Assembly (NCBI GenBank): GCA_035327305.1
Contig: DAOLDL010000001.1
Location: 85,561-149,560, forward strand
DNA: 64,000 nucleotides
DNA from: Kiritimatiellia bacterium
Lineage (GTDB): Bacteria; Verrucomicrobiota; Kiritimatiellia; CAIVKH01
Direction of reading: 5' to 3'
The position numbers and the translations under genes were made by a program. Under the pieces are notes generated by a model that did not search any database, was not told the DNA's origin, and saw only the letters and a program-made list of their open reading frames with translations. This document shows, in pieces, positions 38,509-48,008 of this stretch; position 1 is the first letter of the stretch; every line of letters starts with the position of its first letter.

Positions 38509-39187
38509 CCGCGATGCCATTGTTATAGCCATTGACGGCCCCTCTGCATCAGGGAAATCCACGGTAGCGAGACTGGCGGCTCAAAAGTTGGGCTTTAATT
38601 ATGTGGATTCTGGTTCGTTTTATCGTGGAATCACATGGAAAGCGCTTCGCGAAGGCTTGGATACTTCCGACAGTCAGCAGGTTGTCGCTTTGATCAACCG
38701 GATAGATTTTGTGTGTTTTTTGCAAGATGGAGCAGTTGAATTTTCCATTGATGGCGAAGAACCGGGTGAGCAAATTCGCTCTCAACCGGTTCAGGAACAT
38801 GTTAGTGACATTGCCGCAGTCCCTGAAGTCAGGGTGTTCCTGGTGAATATGTTGCGGGAAACGGCCCGTTTTGGTTCGCTTGCCATGGAGGGCAGGGACA
38901 TAGGAACCGTGGTTTTTCCCGACAGTCCCTTTAAGTACTATCTGGATGCCGATCCGGAAGAACGAGCGCGGCGCCGTTATAACGAATTGGCCAAAAAATC
39001 CGAATACAACGATGTATCCGAGGTTTATGATTCACTGGCCCGGCGCGACCACAAGGACACCACGCGCAAGGCCGCGCCTCTGCAAATCGCTCTTGGCGCA
39101 AAAGTGATCGACTCCACACGCATGAATGCCGAACAGGTTGTGGATGTGATACTGGAAGATATACGACTCGCTGGTGCCAAAGCATGA
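38498..39187 (+). CDS. cmk: Cytidylate kinase
   Basis: IAIDGPSASGKST, YVDSGSFYR, EGRDIGTVVFPD. Confidence 0.96.
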   Translation: MSNNRDAIVIAIDGPSASGKSTVARLAAQKLGFNYVDSGSFYRGITWKALREGLDTSDSQQVVALINRIDFVCFLQDGAVEFSIDGEEPGEQIRSQPVQEHVSDIAAVPEVRVFLVNMLRETARFGSLAMEGRDIGTVVFPDSPFKYYLDADPEERARRRYNELAKKSEYNDVSEVYDSLARRDHKDTTRKAAPLQIALGAKVIDSTRMNAEQVVDVILEDIRLAGAKA

Positions 39188-39840
39188 CGGAACCGCAACC
39201 CAGTTACTCCGCTTGGGTATATAAGACTTCCCGTGTTTTACTGCTTTGCTGGTTGCGATGGAAATTTAAATTAAAAGTCAGTGGCGAAAACAATGTGCCG
39301 GAGCAGGGGGGAGTGATAATTGCTTCCAATCACGCCAGCTATCTTGATCCGCCTTTGCTTGCCTGCCCTTTGAAACACCGGGTCGTGCGTTTTATGGCGC
39401 GAGACACATTGTTTATCAATCCCATGGCCCGTTGGTATTTTTTCCGGACCGGCGTGGTGCCCTTGTCACGTGACCGTGGCGATGTCGGGGCAATCAAATC
39501 CGCCATTCAACTTCTCAAACAAGGCCAATGCGTCGGCCTTTTTCCTGAAGGTACCCGAACATTGGACGGCAATTTGCAGTCAGCCAAGGGTGGGATAGGT
39601 TTTTTAATTGCCAAAGCTGAAGTTCCGGTCGTTCCGGTTTACATATCCGGTAGTTTTGAAGCCTATCCAAAAGGCTCAAAAAAAATGAAATCTCATCCCA
39701 TCACAGTTCAATACGGTCCGGCGATTCAACCGGACGAATTGGACATAAAGAATGAGCGGGGCAAGACCGACTTTGATGCGATCGGACGCCTGATCATGGA
39801 CCGGATTGAATTGCTGAAAAATACGCCATTTCCCACCTGA
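39184..39840 (+). CDS. plsC: 1-acyl-sn-glycerol-3-phosphate acyltransferase
   Basis: NHASYLDP, FPEGTR, VPVVPV.I.G. Confidence 0.92.
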   Translation: MTEPQPSYSAWVYKTSRVLLLCWLRWKFKLKVSGENNVPEQGGVIIASNHASYLDPPLLACPLKHRVVRFMARDTLFINPMARWYFFRTGVVPLSRDRGDVGAIKSAIQLLKQGQCVGLFPEGTRTLDGNLQSAKGGIGFLIAKAEVPVVPVYISGSFEAYPKGSKKMKSHPITVQYGPAIQPDELDIKNERGKTDFDAIGRLIMDRIELLKNTPFPT

Positions 39841-40059
39841 TCTTTCTTTCGGACCCACAATAGGCTGGCGAATTGTAGTTCTAACATCTTTTCCATCATG
39901 AAGATGCACCAGTCTTACATTATCTGAATAATACCGCTTGACCCATGTTGATATGGTGTCCTAGCCTTTTGTACGGTAAATTCCATGCCATTAAACAGTT
40001 AGGGAAACGGGGGATAAGACGATGAATGTTTACGTGGGCCTCTTAACGGGATATTCGGT

Positions 40060-40749
40060 ATGACTACCTCTGCTTGGGTCGTCATTGTTGCCGCAGGCAA
40101 AGAGGAAATGTTGGGTCCGGAAATTGCCACGGCATTCCTTAATCTGCAAAATCAACCGATATTATCTTACAGTCTAACCGCCTGTGAGCATTGCCCTGAT
40201 GTGGAAAATGTGGTGATTGTAGCGCCACGTGAACGGTTGGAGCATGTCGTGTCCATTGTTCAACTCTTTGGCTGTCACAAGATTCGGAAAATTGTCCCTG
40301 GTGGCGCAACGCAATTGGCATCGTTCCAGAATGGAATGAAATACGTGGATGAAAATGCCCGTGTGGTCGTAATGCATGTAGCTTCCTGTCCCGGTGTCTC
40401 GGTCAAAGATTTGACTGAAGTCACCAAGGCGGCAAAAAAACATGGAATTGCCGTGACCGGAAAACCGATCACCGATGATATTGTTCTGACCGACAAGAGT
40501 CATGGAGTCGGTGAATATCTGGCCGCAGGATCGGTTTGGCGTTACGGTTCGCCGATGGCATTTACTTCTACAGCACTGCAGAAAGCGCTTAAAGCGGCGA
40601 CAAAAAAGAAAAAGTCATTGAAGACTTTGCTGGAAGTGGTCGTCACGGCAAATCAAAAGCCCACGCTGGTTGAAACGGAACGTGTCATCAATAAAATTGG
40701 CACCCTGGAACAGTATCGTATGATCGAGCGCATAGGTCTTCACGATTAA
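40060..40749 (+). CDS. IspD/TarI-like nucleotidyltransferase fold protein, degenerate active site
   Basis: VIVAAG, PILSYSL, IVPGGATQLAS..NG, V.MH....P, Y.SP..F; signature GxGxR and K are absent. Confidence 0.7.
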   Translation: MTTSAWVVIVAAGKEEMLGPEIATAFLNLQNQPILSYSLTACEHCPDVENVVIVAPRERLEHVVSIVQLFGCHKIRKIVPGGATQLASFQNGMKYVDENARVVVMHVASCPGVSVKDLTEVTKAAKKHGIAVTGKPITDDIVLTDKSHGVGEYLAAGSVWRYGSPMAFTSTALQKALKAATKKKKSLKTLLEVVVTANQKPTLVETERVINKIGTLEQYRMIERIGLHD

Positions 40750-41252
40750 TCGCCCCAGTTGTGGGCGGGATGCCTGATTATATCCAAAGGTTCAATCAGG
40801 GTAATCAACCATTCGCCTCCGGATTTTGTCCAGACGATTCGAAATGTGCCGATGTATTCATCACGAGTCCCTTGGTATTCGATAAATGCCTCCAGCGTCA
40901 AATCCACCAGAATCTGATCATCATTGAGTCGTGTGACATTTCTTCCCCGGCTGGAAACATCAAGCTTTGACAGACGCACGCGTGCTTGTTGCAAAAGTGT
41001 TGTTGCATCAGATTTATTCAGACGACGCGTTGTTGGATAACCGGGGATGATTACGGCGTCGGGCGCAAAATAGGAAACCACGTTCAAAACCCTCGCGGAG
41101 GCAAGGGCCAGATTTTCCGGACCTTTTTTATTCATCGTGGAAAGCATGGCCTTGGTTCTTTTTTCAACTTTCCGCAACTCATTTGGCCAGAAATAAACAG
41201 CAATGGCAATTACCGCCAGCGTCATGATGATTTTTTTCAGAGGAAATTGCAT
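40746..41252 (-). CDS. Membrane-anchored NTF2-like/DUF4440-type protein
   Basis: N-terminal TM; C-terminal beta strands ending FRIVWTKSGGEWLI. Confidence 0.55.
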   Translation of the reverse strand: MQFPLKKIIMTLAVIAIAVYFWPNELRKVEKRTKAMLSTMNKKGPENLALASARVLNVVSYFAPDAVIIPGYPTTRRLNKSDATTLLQQARVRLSKLDVSSRGRNVTRLNDDQILVDLTLEAFIEYQGTRDEYIGTFRIVWTKSGGEWLITLIEPLDIIRHPAHNWGD

Positions 41253-41259
41253 GATCAGA

Positions 41260-41760
41260 TCATTTCATCAAAGGAATGAGTTTTCCAACTATATCTCTTG
41301 AACTGACAAAACCCAAAGTATGATCGCTGAATTCAGTACGACGATTGTCCCCGGCAATGAAATAATAACCCTCGGGAATATCCATGGATGATAGTTGCCA
41401 ACGCCCAATCTCGTTCAGATAAGTTTCCGTCAGTTCGCGGCCGTCGATTATAAGTTGTCCGTTTCGGAATGATATGTTTTCACCGGGCAACCCCAGAACA
41501 CGTTTTACATAATACGCTCTTCGTCCCGGCATTCCGACTGCGACCATGTCACCACGATCCGGATGCTTAAACATATAGGTGGTTAACAACACAACATGAA
41601 TGGAACCATTCTTCAGGGTGGGGTCCATGCTGACGCCTCTGACTTTGACTGGCCGTATAACAAACCCGAAAACGACAAGGCAAAGAACGACAAGAATTGC
41701 GGAACGGATCAAGGTTCGCTTCGGGTTTCGACCAATCAAAAGTTGCTTGATCCTTGTCAT
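41260..41760 (-). CDS. lepB: Signal peptidase I (single TM, short type)
   Basis: V.GVSMDPTL (Ser), YVKRVLGLPGE (Lys), YFIAGDNR..S.D. Confidence 0.9.
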   Translation of the reverse strand: MTRIKQLLIGRNPKRTLIRSAILVVLCLVVFGFVIRPVKVRGVSMDPTLKNGSIHVVLLTTYMFKHPDRGDMVAVGMPGRRAYYVKRVLGLPGENISFRNGQLIIDGRELTETYLNEIGRWQLSSMDIPEGYYFIAGDNRRTEFSDHTLGFVSSRDIVGKLIPLMK

Positions 41761-41805
41761 TTAAATTAAAATACACCACAATTCCGTTACGTTCAGGATT
41801 AAACC

Positions 41806-42108
41806 ATGACCGGATCAAAAGAAATATCAGGAATGCGAAGGCTGTCTGCAAGTTTTGAGGGGACTGTGCAGGGAGTGGGATTCCGATTCACGACGGTTGA
41901 AATAGCCCGTAACCACGAAATTGCGGGTTATGTGCAGAACCTGATGGATGGTTCCGTAAAAGTGGTTGCCGAAGGCGCCGAATCTGAATTATTGAATTTT
42001 CTTCGCGAATTGCGCGAAGCGCACATTTACCGTTACGTGACCCGCGAAGATTTACACTGGTTAACGACCTCCGGTGAATTCGAAGGCTTTGTCATCCGCT
42101 ATGCTTAA
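41806..42108 (+). CDS. acyP: Acylphosphatase
   Basis: GTVQGVGFR, GYVQNL.DG.V.VVAEG. Confidence 0.93.
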   Translation: MTGSKEISGMRRLSASFEGTVQGVGFRFTTVEIARNHEIAGYVQNLMDGSVKVVAEGAESELLNFLRELREAHIYRYVTREDLHWLTTSGEFEGFVIRYA

Positions 42109-42193
42109 ACTCCTCTTTTGAATCAATCCGCTTCAGATTGTTTTTGAACATTACCGCCGGTTTTGCGTATACTATCCCCAAAAGTTGACTTGT

Positions 42194-42916
42194 ATGAAGT
42201 ATGCCATTCTTGGGGATATTCACGCGAATCTGGATGCACTGGATGCCGTGTTGGAAGATGCTAAATCTCAAGGCGTTACGCATTACGCGTGCGTCGGGGA
42301 TATCGTGGGCTATAATGCCAATCCACTGGAATGCCTTGAAAAAATAAAAGTGCTTTGCCCTGTGTCGGTTCGTGGAAATCACGATCACTATTGTGCGTAC
42401 GACGAGAATCTCGACAATTTCCACCCTTTGGCCGCCGATGTGGTGGCCTGGACAAGACGCCAACTGAACCCCGAACAACTGGAATATCTAAAAAACCTCC
42501 GGTATATCGCGCGGGTGGAAACCTTTACCATGGTTCACAGCACTCTGGATACACCGGAAGGGTGGGGATACGTTTTCGACAAATTGGAAGCTGAAGCCAA
42601 TTTCAGCTACCAAACTTCTACGGTCTGTTTTTTTGGCCACACCCATGTCCCGTTGGCATTTGAAAAAACTGACACCATCAGGTTCGGTTTATATTCAAAA
42701 ATCCGGATAGGTGTAGGAAAGAAGTATTTTATAAATGTTGGAAGCGTGGGCCAGCCTCGAGACGGGGATTCGCGCGCCGCGTATGTTGTCTATGATATGA
42801 TTAACAACCTGGTAGAATTGAGAAGAATTCCCTACGACATACAATCGGCGCAAAAGAAAATCATCGATGCCGGTTTGCCTTCCCGGCTGGCCGCACGACT
42901 TGCCGTGGGAAGATAA
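42194..42916 (+). CDS. Metallophosphoesterase (YfcE/MJ0936-like)
   Basis: GDIHAN, GDIVGY, GNHD, HS, GHTH, NVGSVGQPRD; candidate promoter TTGAAC-N18-TATACT at 42144-42173. Confidence 0.92.
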   Translation: MKYAILGDIHANLDALDAVLEDAKSQGVTHYACVGDIVGYNANPLECLEKIKVLCPVSVRGNHDHYCAYDENLDNFHPLAADVVAWTRRQLNPEQLEYLKNLRYIARVETFTMVHSTLDTPEGWGYVFDKLEAEANFSYQTSTVCFFGHTHVPLAFEKTDTIRFGLYSKIRIGVGKKYFINVGSVGQPRDGDSRAAYVVYDMINNLVELRRIPYDIQSAQKKIIDAGLPSRLAARLAVGR

Positions 42917-42925
42917 GGAACCTGC

Positions 42926-43765
42926 ATGTACCGTATTTGTGTTATTTCCATATTTGCCGTCACCACGCTTTTGGTGACTACCGCATGGTCGCATGCCCAA
43001 TTGGAATTGAGCATGACATTGTCGCATGCCACCTATTTGCAATATGAACCGATAGTGGCAAGAACTACTGTTCGCAGTAAAATGGGACAGCCAATGGTTT
43101 TGAATTCGCGACCGGAAGGTCCTACCTTTTATTACGAAGTCAAAGATGCTTACGGTTTCATACTTGAACCGCTGGGTCCGCGGGCAATACCGGAACCCAT
43201 CATGGTGCCGCCGCAATCGTCGTTGGTTTTAACCAATAACATCCTGTCGCTTTTTCCCATGGCAAAAACGGGTTTTTACAGCGTGGAACCATGTATTGAT
43301 TGGCGGGGAAAAACCTACCGAGGTCAGAAACTGCATGTGGAAATCGTATCAGGACGTGAAGTGATCCGGACGGCCGGTATTGCCGCCTCCGATCAAACCA
43401 GCCGCACGTATCTGATCCTGCATGTAAATAGAGGTCATCAGGACCAGATTGCATTACGAATTGACGATGATGAGCGCAATTTGTGTTTTGGCGTTTTTCC
43501 TTTGGGTCGAACGATCATCAACACTACACCTGAACTGGCAGTGGATATAGACGGAAACGCCCATGTGCTATTTCAGGCCGCGCCGAATATCTACGTACAC
43601 GCCAAATATTCGCCTTTCGGAACGCTCATTGAGCAGGAATCATACGGCCAGAATTTCAGCAAAGTACGATTGCAGACCAGGGTGAACGGCGGAATTGAAG
43701 CGGTGGGACAACCGGTTGAGCGGGGTGGACCACGAATGATAAACAGCATCATCAACAACCGCTGA
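42926..43765 (+). CDS. Secreted hypothetical protein
   Basis: Signal peptide ending AWSHA; beta-rich; no recognisable family. Confidence 0.65.
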   Translation: MYRICVISIFAVTTLLVTTAWSHAQLELSMTLSHATYLQYEPIVARTTVRSKMGQPMVLNSRPEGPTFYYEVKDAYGFILEPLGPRAIPEPIMVPPQSSLVLTNNILSLFPMAKTGFYSVEPCIDWRGKTYRGQKLHVEIVSGREVIRTAGIAASDQTSRTYLILHVNRGHQDQIALRIDDDERNLCFGVFPLGRTIINTTPELAVDIDGNAHVLFQAAPNIYVHAKYSPFGTLIEQESYGQNFSKVRLQTRVNGGIEAVGQPVERGGPRMINSIINNR

Positions 43766-43801
43766 CATGTCTTTCCAGGTTGGAAATCAATTTATCCACG
43801 G

Positions 43802-43831
43802 TTGACAGCACGATACGCCTGTTGATAGCTT
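43802..43831 (+). promoter_or_regulatory. sigma70 promoter of tRNA-Leu
   Basis: TTGACA-N18-TAGCTT with TG at the extended -10 position. Confidence 0.6.
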
Positions 43832-43842
43832 TCACGGCTGGC

Positions 43843-43929
43843 GCACCCGTGGTGGAATTGGCAGACACGTAAGATTCAGGTTCTTATGCCAGCGATGGCG
43901 TGGAGGTTCAAGTCCTCTCGGGTGCACCA
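43843..43929 (+). tRNA. tRNA-Leu (anticodon CAG), CCA encoded
   Basis: Acceptor GCACCCG/CGGGTGC, D-loop GGAATTGGCAGAC, anticodon arm TAAGA-TTCAGGT-TCTTA, long variable arm, T-loop GGTTCAAGTCC, ends ACCA. Confidence 0.97.
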
Positions 43930-43963
43930 CTTGCAATACCCTGCGCTTCCTTTACAGTTATTT

Positions 43964-44239
43964 ATGAAGGAAAAAAATGTCCGATCAATTGCCTGGTTTG
44001 TCACGCTGGTAATTTTCTTTCCCTTGTGGATTGCCTCCCAAGCCTTCCTGGATTTCATCTTGCGACTGACAAAAGAACATTGGGATATTGCATGGCCGGC
44101 ATGGTTTACTGGAATATTGTCCATCCTTGTGTTTGGCGGTGTTTTACTTGGACTGGCCTATCGTACGGCGGCCATCATGCATCGAAAATATCCAGATTCA
44201 CCTCCCCGTGATGCCGCTTGGGATCGTCAGGGGTGCTGA
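43964..44239 (+). CDS. Small two-TM membrane protein
   Basis: MKEKNVRSIAWF...; two hydrophobic helices; TTGCAA-N16-TACAGT upstream. Confidence 0.55.
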   Translation: MKEKNVRSIAWFVTLVIFFPLWIASQAFLDFILRLTKEHWDIAWPAWFTGILSILVFGGVLLGLAYRTAAIMHRKYPDSPPRDAAWDRQGC

Positions 44240-45150
44240 TCGTGTATCAAAAAATGTCCATCGAGCCATTCAATGGTTAAATCATCGCATCGCACCTTGG
44301 ACCATTCAAAATCCGCAACAAGTTCCCGGGGGTGGCATGGTTGTGCCGATGGATTCAGTCCGCACCAATGTGATATAAGTCCGCATAGAGCGCTTGCTGA
44401 AAAGTGATTTTTCAATTCCGGAACACTTACCGAGCCGTGAAACTTGGCCAATTTCCCACCGGCATGGTCGAGTAATAGAAAGTGATGCCGATAGGCAAGC
44501 GCCGGAAATCCAAGTAATTGCTGAATTAACCTTTGCGTAGGCGCGCTGTGAATCAGGTCCCGGCCACGTATAAGTTTAACCAACGGCATTGATGCATCAT
44601 CAACGACACATGCCAGATGATAGGCGATGGCGCCATCCCTTCGCAAAGCCACTGGATCACCCATGTCGTTTACCGGGTGCTGTCGGATGACGATCCCGCT
44701 ATTATCAACAATTTCCACGGGATCATCGGGAAGCATTATCCGAATCGATTCCTTGCTGTGCCGCCAACCTCCGGGCGGAAGTTTTCGCATCCGGCAGTGA
44801 TTGTCATAAGCAAATCCGCCATCCGGTGATCGAATCGCCATGGACTTCAAGCGTGTACGTGAACACGCGCATGGATATAGAAGTCCTCGTTTCTCAAGTT
44901 CGTCCAGCGCCGCATCATGGCGGGAGCGGTTGTGCGACTGATAAACCAAAACATCCCAGTCCAAGCCAAACCATGACAATTCATCCATAATGGCTTTTTC
45001 ATACGCAGGTTTGCTTCGATCGGGATCGATATTCTCCAGGCGGAGTACAAATGGAAGCCGTTTGGATCTTGCATATAGCCAGCACAACAAGCCGGCCATG
45101 AGGGTTCCCGGATGTGCATGCCCGGTTGTGGATGGCGCAAATCGAATCAT
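44227..45150 (-). CDS. gluQ: Glutamyl-Q tRNA(Asp) synthetase-like protein
   Basis: RFAPSTTGHAHPGT, LRLENID, YPCACSR..YDNHC zinc site, RRDG..AYHLACVVDD, RGRDL, KLAK; no anticodon-binding domain. Confidence 0.82.
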   Translation of the reverse strand: MIRFAPSTTGHAHPGTLMAGLLCWLYARSKRLPFVLRLENIDPDRSKPAYEKAIMDELSWFGLDWDVLVYQSHNRSRHDAALDELEKRGLLYPCACSRTRLKSMAIRSPDGGFAYDNHCRMRKLPPGGWRHSKESIRIMLPDDPVEIVDNSGIVIRQHPVNDMGDPVALRRDGAIAYHLACVVDDASMPLVKLIRGRDLIHSAPTQRLIQQLLGFPALAYRHHFLLLDHAGGKLAKFHGSVSVPELKNHFSASALCGLISHWCGLNPSAQPCHPRELVADFEWSKVRCDDLTIEWLDGHFLIHDQHP

Positions 45151-45286
45151 GAGTAAATTCAGTGTTGCAACATAATCACTGTAAATCAGGATATCAACCA
45201 CGGTTTGATTGTATAGCAACTTTCGTTAAGCGAATTTAATGGCGGGTGACTTAATGCGGCTTTTGTGGCTTACATAATGTGAAAGT

Positions 45287-46087
45287 ATGTTAATCTTGCA
45301 TCGCGTAATAGTTCGTCTTATGCACCGAATAATTCCATTGCTGATCCTTATTACAATGCATCCTGGATTGGATTCGATCGCGCAGGATATCCAGGCAAGG
45401 GAGGGCGTTGTGCTTTTGCATGGACTTGGCCGCTCCAGTGATAGCATGAAAAAAATGGAGTCGGCCTTAAGGAAGGCTGGGTTTGTGGTGTATAACGTGA
45501 ATTACCCGTCCCGTACGGCATCCATCGAAACGCTGGCCGACAAGGTTATCACTTCAGCTTTGCAGAACGACCAGTTCGACGATTGCTCAACAGTACATTT
45601 TGTTACCCACTCGCTGGGTGGAATTCTGGTACGAAGCTATGTTGCGCGACATGACACTGCCCGGATCGGACGTGTGGTGATGCTGGGTCCACCAAATCAG
45701 GGAAGTGAAGTCGTAGATCGAATCGGAGCATGGCCGGTTTTTAAGTCGATCGGAGGATTGGCCGGTCAGGAGCTTGGCACGGGCGATAATTCAACCCCCA
45801 ATCACCTTGGACCAGTGGCTTTTGAACTTGGAATCATAGCCGGTGACCGATCCATCAATTGGATCAACAGCCTGATGATCGACGGCAAAGATGACGGAAA
45901 GGTTTCGGTCGAACGAACCAAAGTCGAGGGTATGACCGGACACATGGTGATCCATGCGACACATCCGTATTTAATGAAAAACAAGCAAGCCATTATGAAC
46001 ACGATTCACTTTCTTAAAACCGGAACATTTACTCCTCTTCCACCGGTGGATAAGAAAAAAGGCGGAATGGTCAAAGACGGCGTTTAA
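45287..46087 (+). CDS. Secreted alpha/beta hydrolase (lipase/esterase-like)
   Basis: VVLLHGLGR, FVTHSLGG, MLGPPNQGS, DDGKV, HPY. Confidence 0.88.
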   Translation: MLILHRVIVRLMHRIIPLLILITMHPGLDSIAQDIQAREGVVLLHGLGRSSDSMKKMESALRKAGFVVYNVNYPSRTASIETLADKVITSALQNDQFDDCSTVHFVTHSLGGILVRSYVARHDTARIGRVVMLGPPNQGSEVVDRIGAWPVFKSIGGLAGQELGTGDNSTPNHLGPVAFELGIIAGDRSINWINSLMIDGKDDGKVSVERTKVEGMTGHMVIHATHPYLMKNKQAIMNTIHFLKTGTFTPLPPVDKKKGGMVKDGV

Positions 46088-46134
46088 TCGCCATTTGTTG
46101 AGTCTCGAAATATTCAAGATGCGATTGGCAGGTC

Positions 46135-46170
46135 TTGATACTTCCGATATATACAATTATAAATATCGGA
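46135..46170 (+). promoter_or_regulatory. ModE-box operator overlapping a putative promoter
   Basis: TCCGATATATA-CAATTA-TAAATATCGGA (46143-46170) matches CGNTATATA-N6-TATATANCG; TTGATA-N17-TATAAA overlaps it; directly before modE-modABC. Confidence 0.85.
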
Positions 46171-46524
46171 ATGAGAGTTCAACTCAAAGTGGTGCTGGCT
46201 GATCGTCGGCACAATGAGTTTTGCGGGCCTGGTCTTATACAGCTGCTCAAAGGTATCCGTCGCAGGGGATCCATTCAACAGGCCGCGAAGGAAATGCGCC
46301 TGTCTTATGTAAAGGCGCTTAAGATACTAAGTCGTCTCGAAAAGGCGCTGGGTCAACCCGTCCTGATCAGGCACAAGGGAGGCGCGACACGCGGAAACTC
46401 CACTCTGACACCGTATGCCCTGCGTTTCATGCGTGACTTTACTTCATTAACCAATGATATCCAGCGAACAGTGACCGCTTCATCCAGGGGTTTCATTAAA
46501 AAGTACAAAAAGGAAAATGCATGA
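46171..46524 (+). CDS. modE: ModE-type winged-helix regulator (no TOBE/Mop domains)
   Basis: GPG.IQLL.GI...GSI.QAAKEM.LSY.KA, HKGGATRG...LT; 117 aa from ATG 46171. Confidence 0.85.
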   Translation: MRVQLKVVLADRRHNEFCGPGLIQLLKGIRRRGSIQQAAKEMRLSYVKALKILSRLEKALGQPVLIRHKGGATRGNSTLTPYALRFMRDFTSLTNDIQRTVTASSRGFIKKYKKENA

Positions 46525-47285
46525 AATGCCTTGGCCTCAAAGTATTACTCATTCTTTTGATGTTTGGTATCGATGCGCGCGCCGGTGACCGCATCACCAT
46601 AGCCGCCGCATCCGATCTGCGTTATGCGCTTAACGATATCGTGTCACTGTTCCAGCAACAATACCCCTCTGCCGGGATCGACGTAATCTTTGGATCGTCC
46701 GGCAAAATAACCACCCAGATCGTGAACGGCGCTCCGTACGATATCTTCTTCTCCGCCGATGTCGAATTCCCAAAGCGCCTGCATCGTGACGGGTTAACCG
46801 CAACGGAACCGAGTGTGTATGCCATCGGACGCATCGTATTGTGGAGCAAGCGGCACAACGCTTCAGTCATGACGCTTCACGACTTGGTCGACCCGTCGAT
46901 TCGCCGCATTGCCATTGCACAACCAATGCACGCTCCATACGGACAACGCGCAAAGGAAGCGCTTATGGCCGTCGGCATCTGGAATGACATCCAATCCAAA
47001 CTCGTTTTTGCGGAAAATATAGCGTCTGCCGCGCAGATGACGGAGTCCGAGGCGGCGGACGCAGGAATTATTGCGTTGTCGCTTGCACTTTTCCCCGATC
47101 TCGCAAGGCACGGTTACCATTTGATTGATGACGCCCTGCATCAACCGCTGACGCAAGGTTATGTAATCACCAAGTACGGGAAGGACAATTCATTGGCGCA
47201 CGAATTTGCGCGTTTCATGACGCAGGAGGCGGCCATAACAATCATGGAGCACTATGGCTTTGTCTTGCCGGGAAGGCATCCGTGA
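46521..47285 (+). CDS. modA: Molybdate ABC transporter substrate-binding protein
   Basis: IAAASDL, FGSSG, DIFFSAD, APYG..A, FAENI. Confidence 0.95.
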   Translation: MKCLGLKVLLILLMFGIDARAGDRITIAAASDLRYALNDIVSLFQQQYPSAGIDVIFGSSGKITTQIVNGAPYDIFFSADVEFPKRLHRDGLTATEPSVYAIGRIVLWSKRHNASVMTLHDLVDPSIRRIAIAQPMHAPYGQRAKEALMAVGIWNDIQSKLVFAENIASAAQMTESEAADAGIIALSLALFPDLARHGYHLIDDALHQPLTQGYVITKYGKDNSLAHEFARFMTQEAAITIMEHYGFVLPGRHP

Positions 47286-47321
47286 AGGAACAGCACCGCA
47301 ACTGATATCGACGGAGATGAC

Positions 47322-48008
47322 ATGTTCAATCTGGCGCCATCCGACATAATAGCCATTCAGCTCACGTTAAAGCTTGGTTTGTACACCACGTGTATTCTTC
47401 TGGTGATCGGTACACCCCTTGCATGGTGGCTTGCCAACGGGCGTTCTTCTTTGCGCATTGCTGTCCAATCGGTCGTGGCCCTGCCGCTCGTGTTGCCGCC
47501 CACGGTATTAGGATTTTATCTTCTGCTTCTGCTTGGACCGCGCGGATGGGTTGGAAGTACACTCGAAGCAATGGGGTTTACGCACCTTGCATTTACATTC
47601 ACCGGTATTCTGATCGGATCGGTTTTTTACTCCATGCCATTTGCGATACAACCCCTGTACCAGGCTTTTTCGTCGCTCGGCCGCCGACATGTTGAAGTGG
47701 CCGCTTCGCTTGGTGCGGGACCCATTGATCGTTTTTTTACGGTGATTCTGCCACTGACACGTGGCGGTTTTATCGTTGCCGCCACGTTGAGTTTCGCCCA
47801 CACGCTCGGCGAGTTCGGCGCAATCCTGATGATTGGCGGCAGTATTCCGGGACGGACAAAAGTATTGTCGGTCTTGATTTACGATCATGCCGAGGCAATG
47901 AACTACGCGGGGGCGCATAAATTATCCATACTGCTACTGTCCATAGCGTTCATTGTACTTTTTATCGTGTATGCCGTTAACCGTCGTTTTGATTCCATTC
48001 GGCCATGA
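47322..48008 (+). CDS. modB: Molybdate ABC transporter permease
   Basis: LPLVLPPTVLGFYLL, YSMPFA.QP, FAHTLGEFG...MIGG.IPG.T. Confidence 0.96.
   Translation: MFNLAPSDIIAIQLTLKLGLYTTCILLVIGTPLAWWLANGRSSLRIAVQSVVALPLVLPPTVLGFYLLLLLGPRGWVGSTLEAMGFTHLAFTFTGILIGSVFYSMPFAIQPLYQAFSSLGRRHVEVAASLGAGPIDRFFTVILPLTRGGFIVAATLSFAHTLGEFGAILMIGGSIPGRTKVLSVLIYDHAEAMNYAGAHKLSILLLSIAFIVLFIVYAVNRRFDSIRP

Noticed and set aside
40022-40063. 13-codon uORF (MNVYVGLLTGYSV) overlapping the IspD-like start by ATGA
   Set aside because: A G-rich RBS-like stretch precedes it, but there is no regulatory codon run or attenuator; could be chance.
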